From: an uncultured Peptococcaceae bacterium
GTDB taxonomy: Bacteria; Bacillota; Dehalobacteriia; UBA4068; UBA4997
NCBI GenBank assembly: GCA_947625705.1
Contig: CANQPG010000004.1
Coordinates: forward strand, 1,484 to 65,483
DNA: 64,000 bases
Reading direction: 5' to 3'
This document shows positions 48,994 through 56,827 of this stretch, piece by piece (position 1 is the stretch's first letter; every line of letters begins with the position of its first letter). Under the pieces are notes generated by a model. The model saw nothing but the letters and a program-made list of their open reading frames with translations, did not search any database and was not told the DNA's origin. Position numbers and translations under genes: made by a program.

Positions 48994-51534
48994 ATGAAGA
49001 AAAGATTTTTAACCACGCTGCTGCTGGCATTGGTGCTGGCAATCAGCGCAGCGCTGCCTGCTTGGGCGGAGCAAACTGGCACTTCCGACAACATTACTTG
49101 GCGCTATGACGAAACAACCAAAACGCTGAATTTTGAGGGTACGGGCATTCTGCCGCAAATTGATCTGCCAGATGAAATTGCCAAAAACACAACGAATGTT
49201 AATATTGGCAACGGCATAACAGAAATGACAAATTTGGCGTTGATATGTTTCAGCAATCTGCAAAACGTGAGGCTTCCCGACACTTTAATCATTATTAACG
49301 ACGGTGCATTTTGTGGTTGTCGCCTCACAAAAGTTACCATTCCGGAGGGCGTGACCACTATTGGCGCCTGTGCCTTTGAAGGCTGCACTAATCTAACGGA
49401 AATTACCCTCCCTAACAGCCTGACCACTATCGGCGAAAATGCTTTTATTTGCTGCACAGGCCTAACAGAAATTACCATTCCCAAAGGTGTAACCGATATT
49501 GGCATGCTTGCGTTTCATGATTGCGATAAATTAACCGCTATCAATGTGGCTGCCGATAATCCCAATTATTCTTCGCTTGACGGCGTTTTGTTCAACAAGA
49601 ATAAAACAACCTTGGTTAAATATCCTGCAGGGAAAGTCGCCACAAGCTATACTATACCTGCCGGCGTAACAAGTATTTATGATTGTGCGTTTGCTGATTG
49701 CGAAAGCTTAACGGAAATTACCATACCAAAAGGTGTAACCAGCATTGGCGTAAGCGCGTTTGCGCGAGATAATTGGCCAAGTGATTATGATAAACAGAAA
49801 CTCAGCCTTCCCGATACCTTAACTTCGATCGGCGATGACGCGTTTAACAATTGGTATTTAGAAAACATAGTTATATTGCCCGACATGAGCACATATGATA
49901 TTCAAAAGTTTTTTGAAAGAAAACTCAATGAGTCTTATTTTGATTATTATGGCGGAATCATAGATGAGAACACTACTTTCTGTATATCTGATGATAATCC
50001 TACCTACTCTGTGCATGACGGCGTTTTCTTTAACAAAGATAAAACTACCTTGCTGGTATATCCTAAAGGCAGAACAGATACAAGCTATACCGTGCCAAAT
50101 GGTGTAACCGATATTGGCAAATCTTCGTTTTTGGGTTGTAAGGTCTTAATGACAATTAATATTCCTGCCAGCGTAACCGCTATTAACCAAGAAGCGTTTT
50201 ATGGGTGCAGCGACTTGATCGATGTGTATTATGCCGGTAATAAAAGTGATTGGCAAGCAATAAATCTGGGTGAATATAATGCACCCTTTACTAATGCCAC
50301 CATTCACTATAACAGCGGCAGCACCAAAGCGGAGCAGGTATTCCAGCGGGATTTTGCCACGGCGGTGGAAAAAAAGCAGGGCGACGCTGCTTTCACCAAA
50401 ACGGCGGTACTGACCACCGGCAACGGCGCTATCACATACAGCAGCAGCAATGAAGCGGTTGCCACCGTGGATAATACCGGCAAGGTTACCATTACAGGCC
50501 TGGGCGATGTAATTATTACCGCCAGCGCAGCAGCAACCGATGATTACAATGAAGCGACTATCAGCTACGCATTGTACATAGCCAAGAATAACACCGGCAG
50601 CACCAAAGCAGAGCAGGCATTTAAGCAGGATTTTGCTACGGCAGTAATCAAAACGCAGGGCGACGCTGCTTTCACCAAAACGGCGGTGTTGACCACTGGC
50701 AACGGCGCTATCACATACAGCAGCAGTGATGAAACAGTTGCCACTGTGGATAATACCGGCAAGGTTACCATCGCAGGCGTTGGCACGGCAACCATTACTG
50801 CCGCGGCGGCGGCAACCGATGATTATAATAAAGCAACGATCAGCTACACATTGACCGTGAATAAAAAGAACAGCGGCGGCAGTTCTTCCGGCGGCGGTTC
50901 CAATTCTAATTCCAGCAGCAGTACGACAAAACCCGCCGCGCAAAATATAGTAACTGCAACCAAGCCGGATAATAAAACGACGGTTTCGGTGGCCAGCTTC
51001 ACTGATACTAAGGATCACTGGGCCAGCACAGCGATTAACTGGGCGGTGAAAAATGGCCTGATGAACGGCACTCCCGGCAACAGATTTGCTCCGAATGAAA
51101 AGACCAGCCGCGGTCAGCTTGTGACCATGCTTTACCGCTTGGAGAAAGAGCCAACTGTGGGCACAGCAGCGTTCAGAGACGTCAACAGCAATGCATATTA
51201 CGGCGCGGCGGTAGCTTGGGCGGCCAGCAACAATGTTGTCACCGGCTATGCAAACGGCACTTTCGGCGCCAACGATAGTCTGACACGCGAACAAATTGCG
51301 CTTATCCTGTTCCGCTATGCCGGCTTAAAGAGTGCAGATGTTACCGCCAAAAGCGATTTGAGCAGTTTCACCGACAGCGCAAAGGTTTCCGGCTGGGCTG
51401 CTCCAGCTATGCAATGGGCGGTGGCAAGCGGCCTGATTGAGGGCAACAACGGCGCGCTCAATCCGCAAGGCAAAGCCACCCGCGCAGAAATTGCCACTAT
51501 CTTAATGCGATATTGCGAGAGTATCGCAAAATAA
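48994..51534 (+). CDS. Cell-surface protein: BspA-type leucine-rich repeats, two Big_2-like repeats, Ser/Gly linker and three SLH domains
   Basis: Has a signal peptide. LRR_5-like units are present (IPEGVTTIGACAFEGCTNLTEITLP...). Two Ig-like repeats of 93 aa each. SSGGGSNSNSSSS linker. SLH repeats (FTDTKDHWA.., FRDVNSNAYY.., FTDSAKVSGWA..). Confidence 0.88.
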   Translation: MKKRFLTTLLLALVLAISAALPAWAEQTGTSDNITWRYDETTKTLNFEGTGILPQIDLPDEIAKNTTNVNIGNGITEMTNLALICFSNLQNVRLPDTLIIINDGAFCGCRLTKVTIPEGVTTIGACAFEGCTNLTEITLPNSLTTIGENAFICCTGLTEITIPKGVTDIGMLAFHDCDKLTAINVAADNPNYSSLDGVLFNKNKTTLVKYPAGKVATSYTIPAGVTSIYDCAFADCESLTEITIPKGVTSIGVSAFARDNWPSDYDKQKLSLPDTLTSIGDDAFNNWYLENIVILPDMSTYDIQKFFERKLNESYFDYYGGIIDENTTFCISDDNPTYSVHDGVFFNKDKTTLLVYPKGRTDTSYTVPNGVTDIGKSSFLGCKVLMTINIPASVTAINQEAFYGCSDLIDVYYAGNKSDWQAINLGEYNAPFTNATIHYNSGSTKAEQVFQRDFATAVEKKQGDAAFTKTAVLTTGNGAITYSSSNEAVATVDNTGKVTITGLGDVIITASAAATDDYNEATISYALYIAKNNTGSTKAEQAFKQDFATAVIKTQGDAAFTKTAVLTTGNGAITYSSSDETVATVDNTGKVTIAGVGTATITAAAAATDDYNKATISYTLTVNKKNSGGSSSGGGSNSNSSSSTTKPAAQNIVTATKPDNKTTVSVASFTDTKDHWASTAINWAVKNGLMNGTPGNRFAPNEKTSRGQLVTMLYRLEKEPTVGTAAFRDVNSNAYYGAAVAWAASNNVVTGYANGTFGANDSLTREQIALILFRYAGLKSADVTAKSDLSSFTDSAKVSGWAAPAMQWAVASGLIEGNNGALNPQGKATRAEIATILMRYCESIAK
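50317..50874 (+). repeat. Tandem 279-bp (93-aa) in-frame duplication inside the surface protein gene
   Basis: Units at 50317-50595 and 50596-50874 both begin GGCAGCACCAAAGC. They share long identical runs such as CAGGGCGACGCTGCTTTCACCAAAACGGCGGT and GGCAACGGCGCTATCACATACAGCAGCAG. Confidence 0.85.
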
Positions 51535-51551
51535 AGCATAGTAAAGCGAAA

Positions 51552-51589
51552 AACGTAACCCACATTAAACATGTGGGTTACGTTTTTTT
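51552..51589. terminator. Hairpin terminator after the surface protein gene
   Basis: AACGTAACCCACAT-TAAAC-ATGTGGGTTACGTT followed by TTTTT, and preceded by an A-run. Confidence 0.75.
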
Positions 51590-51613
51590 ATGGAGCGGGT
51601 GAAGAGAATACCC
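51586..51613 (-). repeat. Orphan copy of the tRNA-Gly 3' end (att-like direct repeat or pseudo-tRNA remnant)
   Basis: TTTTATGGAGCGGGTGAAG is identical to 51752-51770. Similarity then continues imperfectly (AGAATACCC versus GGAATCGAACCC). No cloverleaf can be drawn. Confidence 0.7.
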
Positions 51614-51717
51614 TGCGGGTACCCCTCGCGTTGCCAATCGCGCGGCAGCAAGCCTTGCGCTCTTGGGCGCTCGGCTGTCGCACCCTGCTGGTTCGCTTCC
51701 CATTTGACCGTAACGAT

Positions 51718-51755
51718 AAAAGTAAGACCCACCTTATCAGGTGGGTCTTACTTTT
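51718..51755 (-). terminator. Intrinsic terminator after tRNA-Gly
   Basis: AAAAGTAAGACCCACC-TTATC-AGGTGGGTCTTACTTTT lies directly 3' of the tRNA on the minus strand. Confidence 0.7.
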
Positions 51756-51756
51756 A

Positions 51757-51830
51757 TGGAGCGGGTGAAGGGAATCGAACCCTCGTCGAAAGCTTGGGAA
51801 GCTCTTGTTTTGCCATTAAACTACACCCGC
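51757..51830 (-). tRNA. tRNA-Gly (anticodon CCC)
   Basis: Reverse complement GCGGGTGTAGTTTAATGGCAAAACAAGAGCTTCCCAAGCTTTCGACGAGGGTTCGATTCCCTTCACCCGCTCCA. The anticodon loop is TTCCCAA and CCA is encoded. Confidence 0.9.
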
Positions 51831-51902
51831 AAAACTGAAAGCTATTATAGCATTTTTCGGCTGGTTTGTAAAGAGTTTCAGCGGAATATTTATAGCACCG
51901 TT

Positions 51903-51931
51903 TTGACAAATCCCTCGCCATATGTTACATT
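51903..51931 (+). promoter_or_regulatory. Putative sigma-A promoter of the lipoprotein gene
   Basis: TTGACA, 17 nt, TACATT. Confidence 0.45.
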
Positions 51932-51957
51932 GATAATAAGAAAGGGAGGTGCCGCCA

Positions 51958-52872
51958 ATGTTCAAACGCAAATTATTGCCGCTTCTGCTGCCGGCGCTGC
52001 TGTGCCTTTTGGCGGCCTGCGGGGCGGAAGACGCACCAAAGCAGGAAAACGAGCCAGCGCCTGATAACGCACCCGAAAGCCGCCTGTTAAGCGAGGTGTT
52101 CCGGGGCAATGACACATCAGCCTTGAACGGCGCGGTGCAGCGCCCGGGAACAAGTGTGGAAAACGGCGAGTTCAGGCTGACACTGGAGGAGTATCTTGTC
52201 AGTGATTTTCAGATAATGTTGTCATTCACGCTGGAAGCGCTGACCGACGAAGCCAAGGCGGAGCTTTTCCAAGCGGACGAAAACGATCACTACTATTTTT
52301 GGGATACGCATGAAGCGACATTAACATATCAGGACGGCAGTGAGCTTGAAAACAGAATTACCGGAAGTTCGCGTAATTCTTATGGCGATTATTCCCAATA
52401 TGCCACCGAAACCGCACAGTATTCGACAATGGAACGGTATAATCTGAAAATGGACGGCACCCCGCTGCTGCTTACGGTGGGCGATTTATCGCTGGAAGTG
52501 CCGACGACGCCGAATATCCCCACCACCAGTATCGACGTCGAGCAAGACGATGTTCTGCTGCGGCTGGATTGGAACGCCATCGGAGTGGTGCTCAACTGCA
52601 TTAAGAACACCGACGAAAACGATGTGACCGAAAAAACGCAGAATGAAGTGATCTTCTTCCGCACGGCAGAGGGCGACCTCAAAACATATAACGAATTGTT
52701 TGACATTTGGGGCTGGTCTTCCGTCCACAACTCAAGTCTCGGTAAAACATCGCTCCGGCGCAATGACATCTTCAAGCAGCCGCCGCAGGAGGGCGAGTTT
52801 ACCAGTATCATTATCGGCGGCAAGGAGTTTTCGCTCTCTGACGGCGAATACCTGGGCGATTACACAAAATAA
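51958..52872 (+). CDS. Lipoprotein paralogous to the extracytoplasmic (DUF4179-like) domain of the adjacent anti-sigma factor
   Basis: Lipobox LLAAC|G after MFKRKLLPLLLPALLC. It is collinear with the 53562 protein (GAVQRPGTSVENGEFRLTLEEYL vs GAVQTPQQSVTDGRFTLTVEEYL; IFFRTAEGDL vs IFFRTAGGEI; FSLSDGEYLG vs YSLADGAYLG). Confidence 0.75.
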   Translation: MFKRKLLPLLLPALLCLLAACGAEDAPKQENEPAPDNAPESRLLSEVFRGNDTSALNGAVQRPGTSVENGEFRLTLEEYLVSDFQIMLSFTLEALTDEAKAELFQADENDHYYFWDTHEATLTYQDGSELENRITGSSRNSYGDYSQYATETAQYSTMERYNLKMDGTPLLLTVGDLSLEVPTTPNIPTTSIDVEQDDVLLRLDWNAIGVVLNCIKNTDENDVTEKTQNEVIFFRTAEGDLKTYNELFDIWGWSSVHNSSLGKTSLRRNDIFKQPPQEGEFTSIIIGGKEFSLSDGEYLGDYTK

Positions 52873-52873
52873 C

Positions 52874-52900
52874 CAAAAGGGGCGGCCAAGCGGCTGCCCC
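52874..52900 (+). terminator. Hairpin terminator; first copy of an exact 27-nt repeat
   Basis: CAAAAGGGGCGGCCAAGCGGCTGCCCC. The stem is GGGGCGGCC/GGCTGCCCC. It is identical to 54923-54949. Confidence 0.6.
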
Positions 52901-52917
52901 AAATTTTTTGCGCAAAA

Positions 52918-52946
52918 TGAAACCTTTTGGCCGCCTGCGGTGTATA
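52918..52946 (+). promoter_or_regulatory. ECF-type (SigW-like) promoter candidate upstream of the sigma factor gene
   Basis: TGAAAC, 17 nt, TGTATA. This resembles the TGAAAC-N16-CGTA class of autoregulated ECF promoters. Confidence 0.45.
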
Positions 52947-52987
52947 TAAAGGTGCATATATGCGAAGCAGACGAGGGAGGCGAGAGC

Positions 52988-53569
52988 ATGCTTGATGAAG
53001 CCAAATTGCTGGCTGGGCTTAAAGCCGGGCGCACAGCCTATCTGGCCGAGGCCATCAAACGCTACACGCCTTATATCAACGTGGTGGTTTATAATGCCGC
53101 CAAGGGGCTGATCAGCCGCGAGGACGTGGAGGAAATTGCCGCCGACAGCTTTGTGCAGCTTTGGCGCACCGCCGACAAACTGGACGAAGCCAAGGGCAGC
53201 ATACGCGCCTATCTGGCGGTCATCGCGCGGAATTTAACGCTGAACCGCCTGCGCGGGCGGAAGCCCACGGCGGAGATACCGTTTGATCTGGCGGACGGCC
53301 AGCCCCAGCCGGAGGAACGCCTGCTGGCCAAGGAGGGTGAAACCCGCCTGTACCGGGAAATTCTCACCCTGGGCGAACCGGACGCAGAGATATTCCTGCG
53401 GTTTTACTGCTATGACGAAAAAATCAGGTATATCGCCGCCGTGCTGGCAATGCCCCCGGCGACGGTGAAAACCAAGCTGCGCCGCGCCCGCCTGAAGCTG
53501 GCGGAGCGGCTGAAAAATGATGAGTTATTGTGTGAGCAAAGCTTAAAGGGAGGTATGGCCAATGAGTAA
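52988..53569 (+). CDS. ECF-family RNA polymerase sigma-70 factor
   Basis: 193 aa. Region 2 is EEIAADSFVQLW. The region 4 HTH is IRYIAAVLAMPPATVKTKLRRARLKL. GAGGGAGG RBS. Confidence 0.85.
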   Translation: MLDEAKLLAGLKAGRTAYLAEAIKRYTPYINVVVYNAAKGLISREDVEEIAADSFVQLWRTADKLDEAKGSIRAYLAVIARNLTLNRLRGRKPTAEIPFDLADGQPQPEERLLAKEGETRLYREILTLGEPDAEIFLRFYCYDEKIRYIAAVLAMPPATVKTKLRRARLKLAERLKNDELLCEQSLKGGMANE

Positions 53570-54914
53570 ACGCTGGGACAAATTAAACCGGGAGTTCGGC
53601 CTGACGGCCGCAAACCCCGCGGCGGACAAAAACCGCGTTACCAAGCAGGTTTTCGCCCAAGCGGACATTGCGCCGGCAAACTCCCGCCAAGGGAGAGTGA
53701 TTTTTGTGAGTAAAAAATTCCAAACGGCGCTGATCGCGCTGCTGGTGCTGGCGTTAAGCTCCGGTACGGTGCTGGCGGCTTCACATTTCGGCCTGCTGGA
53801 CGGGTCTTTCAAGGGCGACACATCGTATCTGGAGGGCGCGGTGCAGACGCCGCAGCAAAGCGTGACCGACGGGCGCTTTACGCTGACAGTGGAGGAATAT
53901 CTGGCGGCGGAAAATCAGGTGATGGTACTGTTTGCCGTCAAAGCGGAAACCGCCGACGCTCTGGCCGAGCTGACCGCCACCGATGCGCGGGGCAGCGACA
54001 CATTCTGGGACATAGATACGCTCAGTTTCTATGCACCGGATACCGACAGAATGCTCATTTCAGGCTGGGGCGTAAAGCCTTATCCGGACAAGGACACCAA
54101 GGATACCCTGCATTATATTTTGACAGCTGAAAACATGGATAACCCGGCAAGACTGCCAGTGGTGCTGCGGCTGAACAAAATGGCCGAGCCGAACAGCATA
54201 ACGCTGGATATGACAACCAATATTGTCACCAAAAGCTTTAAACTTAGCGATGATTTAAGCGTCAAGATCAATCCTATCGGACTGACGGTGGAGCAGCATT
54301 TGGCCGAGGCGCAGCCGGAGATTCTGCCGCCGGGAATCTTCTTCCGCACCGCAGGCGGCGAGATTCTGACGAACGCTCAGATTTATGAAATGCGCAGCGG
54401 TTTCAAGAACGAAACAAGGGAAAATGTTATTATTACAACGCAGTTTATTGCCAAGAAGATTATTGACCCGGAGCAGCTCAGCTCTATCATCGTAGACGGC
54501 GCGGAGTATTCGCTGGCCGACGGCGCGTATCTGGGCAAGCCGCAGATCCCCGCCGAGCTTAAACCTTTTATCGTGAACGCCTATCAAGGCGAGCAAGGCG
54601 AGAACAGTTACGGCATGCCGCTTGATGAAATTGCCGCCCATGTCGGCGCAGATTGGCAGTTTGACGCGGCGACCGGCCAAGCCGTGATGACTTATCGCGG
54701 CGCCACGGTGAAATTAACCTCCGGGCAGAAAACGGCGATGATTAACGGCTGGGAGGAAAAGCTGCCAGAATTCCAAGAAACCCCGCGGATCGACGCCAAC
54801 GGTCATTTTATACTTTACTCCTATCAAATTCTGGATCTGTTTGACATTGCATATGAGATCTGTGGCGATTGGCGAGAGCTAACACCCGTTATTGATGTAC
54901 GAATTATTCCCTGA
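53562..54914 (+). CDS. Anti-sigma factor: short cytoplasmic N-terminus, one TM, DUF4179-like sensor region and C-terminal copper-amine-oxidase-N-like domain
   Basis: The start overlaps the sigma gene stop by 8 nt. TM segment ALIALLVLALSSGTVLAA. It has a paralogous relationship to the 51958 protein. The C-terminal sequence is LDEIAAHVGADWQFDAATGQAVMTYRG. Confidence 0.72.
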   Translation: MSKRWDKLNREFGLTAANPAADKNRVTKQVFAQADIAPANSRQGRVIFVSKKFQTALIALLVLALSSGTVLAASHFGLLDGSFKGDTSYLEGAVQTPQQSVTDGRFTLTVEEYLAAENQVMVLFAVKAETADALAELTATDARGSDTFWDIDTLSFYAPDTDRMLISGWGVKPYPDKDTKDTLHYILTAENMDNPARLPVVLRLNKMAEPNSITLDMTTNIVTKSFKLSDDLSVKINPIGLTVEQHLAEAQPEILPPGIFFRTAGGEILTNAQIYEMRSGFKNETRENVIITTQFIAKKIIDPEQLSSIIVDGAEYSLADGAYLGKPQIPAELKPFIVNAYQGEQGENSYGMPLDEIAAHVGADWQFDAATGQAVMTYRGATVKLTSGQKTAMINGWEEKLPEFQETPRIDANGHFILYSYQILDLFDIAYEICGDWRELTPVIDVRIIP

Positions 54915-54920
54915 TAAACA

Positions 54921-54956
54921 CTCAAAAGGGGCGGCCAAGCGGCTGCCCCTTTTGAG
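54921..54956. terminator. Bidirectional terminator containing the second copy of the 27-nt repeat
   Basis: CTCAAAAGGGGCGGCC-AAGC-GGCTGCCCCTTTTGAG lies between the convergent anti-sigma and amt genes. Confidence 0.75.
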
Positions 54957-55001
54957 TTGAGATGAGTATAAGAGAATGAAAGAGATAAACTCGAAAGATT
55001 C

Positions 55002-56711
55002 TTATTTATCGATTTCCGGGTATTGCAGAGCGTCGTAGCCGGTTTTGCCGGTGCGCACCTGGATAACGTCTTTCACGTCGTAAACGAAGATCTTGCCGTC
55101 ACCGTAAGCCCCGGTGTAAAGCACCCGCTTGGCCGCGTCCACAATGGCCGCCACCGGCACCTTCGCCACCACGACTTCCACCTTTACCTTCGGCACCAGC
55201 TTGGTTTCCACCGGTACGCCACGGTAATATTCCGTCGCGCCCTTTTGCAGGCCGCAGCCCATCACGTCAGTCACCGTCATGCCCGTTACGCCGACTTCGG
55301 AGAGGGCGTTTTTCAGCATTTCAAACTTAGTGCGGCGGGTGATGATGACCACCTTGGACATTTCGCCGCTATCGCCGCTCGTCTCCGTCACGATATGCGT
55401 CACCGGCACGGCGGGAACGGGAGCAGGCTCGGTATCCTCATAGATCGTATGCGCCACCGGAATAAAATCGGCATAAGAGCTGGTCAGGCCATGCTCCTTG
55501 ATATCCAAACCGGCAATTTCTTCCTCGGGGCTGACGCGAAGACCGACCGTTTTCTTGATGACCGTGAACACGATCAGCATGGTCAGCACGACCCAAGCGA
55601 TGACCGAAACCACGCCGATGACCTGTGTCAGCAGCGTACCCGCGCCGCCGCCATAAAACAGGCCGCGGGGCAGTACGTCTACGCTGCCGTAATCGTAATA
55701 GGCGAACAGGCCGACCATGATCGTGCCCAGCGCGCCGCAGACACCGTGTACGCCGATCGCACCGACGGGATCATCGATCTTCAGCACCTTGTCGATAAAC
55801 TCAATGCCGAACACCACCGCAAACCCGGCCACCAGGCCGATAACCGCAGCGCCCACCGTGGTCACGGTATCGCAGCCGGCGGTGATCGCCACCAGACCGG
55901 CCAGCGCGCCGTTCAGGGTCATCGAAACATCGGGCTTCTTATAACGCAGCCAGGTTATCAGCATGACCACCGTGGCCGCCACCGCCGTCGCCATGTTGGT
56001 GGTGACAAAAACGCGGGAAGCTACCTCAGCCGAGCCGCCGGAAAGGGCAGTGGTGGAGCCGCCGTTGAAGCCGAACCAGGCAAACCACAGGATAAACACG
56101 CCGAGCGCGCCCAGCGTCAGGCTGTGGCCGGGGATAGCGTGTACCTTGCCGTCGGCAGAATACTTGCCGATACGGGGCCCAAGAATGAAAGCGCCCACCA
56201 GCGCCGCCACGCCGCCGACCATATGTACGGCAGTGGAGCCGGCAAAATCGTGGAAGCCCATTTCAGCCAGCCAGCCACCGCCCCAGATCCAATGACCGGA
56301 TACGGGATAAACAAACGCGGAAATGATCAGCGAATACAGGCAATAGGAAATGAACTTGGTGCGCTCGGCCATAGCACCGGAAACGATGGTGGCCGCCGTG
56401 GCACAGAACACGGTCTGAAAGATCAGCTGCGTCCAGTTGTAGCCCTCGCCGACCATGCCGTCGTTAAAGAATTCAAAGCCGCCGAAGAAGAGACTCGACG
56501 TGCCGAACATGATACCGAAACCAACCAGCCAATAGACGATCGTGCCCAAACAAAAGTCCATCAGGTTCTTCATAATGATGTTGCCGGCGTTTTTGGCGCG
56601 GGTGAAGCCGGTCTCCACCATCGCAAAGCCGGCCTGCATGAAGAACACCAGCGCCGCGGCCAGAAGCGTCCAGCCAATGTCTAAAGACGAAGCCAATTCA
56701 TTGATATCCAT
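55002..56711 (-). CDS. amt: Ammonium transporter (Amt) fused to a C-terminal P-II (GlnK/GlnB) domain
   Basis: Start MDINELA after GGAGGAA. Amt motifs are AGFAMVETG, DFAGSTAVHMVGG and GVHGVCGALG. A linker of about 40 aa follows. The P-II region is KVVIITRRTKFEMLKNAL..GVTGMTVTDVMGCGLQKGATEYYRG..PKVKVEVVV...GDGKIFV. Confidence 0.88.
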   Translation of the reverse strand: MDINELASSLDIGWTLLAAALVFFMQAGFAMVETGFTRAKNAGNIIMKNLMDFCLGTIVYWLVGFGIMFGTSSLFFGGFEFFNDGMVGEGYNWTQLIFQTVFCATAATIVSGAMAERTKFISYCLYSLIISAFVYPVSGHWIWGGGWLAEMGFHDFAGSTAVHMVGGVAALVGAFILGPRIGKYSADGKVHAIPGHSLTLGALGVFILWFAWFGFNGGSTTALSGGSAEVASRVFVTTNMATAVAATVVMLITWLRYKKPDVSMTLNGALAGLVAITAGCDTVTTVGAAVIGLVAGFAVVFGIEFIDKVLKIDDPVGAIGVHGVCGALGTIMVGLFAYYDYGSVDVLPRGLFYGGGAGTLLTQVIGVVSVIAWVVLTMLIVFTVIKKTVGLRVSPEEEIAGLDIKEHGLTSSYADFIPVAHTIYEDTEPAPVPAVPVTHIVTETSGDSGEMSKVVIITRRTKFEMLKNALSEVGVTGMTVTDVMGCGLQKGATEYYRGVPVETKLVPKVKVEVVVAKVPVAAIVDAAKRVLYTGAYGDGKIFVYDVKDVIQVRTGKTGYDALQYPEIDK

Positions 56712-56744
56712 TTGCAATTCCTCCAGTTTTTTCTGCAAACAGTT

Positions 56745-56780
56745 AGGGCGTGTAACTCTCGATCGAGAATCACACGCCCT
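56745..56780 (-). promoter_or_regulatory. 36-bp near-perfect palindrome (long RNA hairpin) in the glnN-amt intergenic region
   Basis: AGGGCGTGTAACTCTCGATCGAGAATCACACGCCCT. As RNA it forms a stem of about 16 bp (with G-U pairs) around a GAUC loop. Only a weak U-tract follows. Confidence 0.5.
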
Positions 56781-56827
56781 TGTGCGCAGATTAAATTTTT
56801 ATGTATAAATTTAATACGTTAAACGGT

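Noticed and set aside
51591-51665. Possible second, intact tRNA-Gly
   Set aside because: Only the last ~27 nt resemble the tRNA. I could not draw a T-arm, anticodon arm or 5' acceptor strand. I treated it as a fragment or att-like repeat.
51571-52064. Three small plus-strand ORFs (51571-51768, 51590-51838, 51741-52064)
   Set aside because: They run through two terminator hairpins and the tRNA-Gly gene. They have no RBS and are not coding.
52700-52987. N-terminal extension of the sigma factor ORF (track start 52700)
   Set aside because: The extension reads through the 3' end of the lipoprotein gene and its terminator. The ATG at 52988 has a GAGGGAGG RBS and gives a normal-length ECF sigma factor.
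55023-56684. 553-aa plus-strand ORF
   Set aside because: It lies antisense to the Amt-PII gene. It is His/Arg/Gly-rich with no membrane or enzyme motifs.
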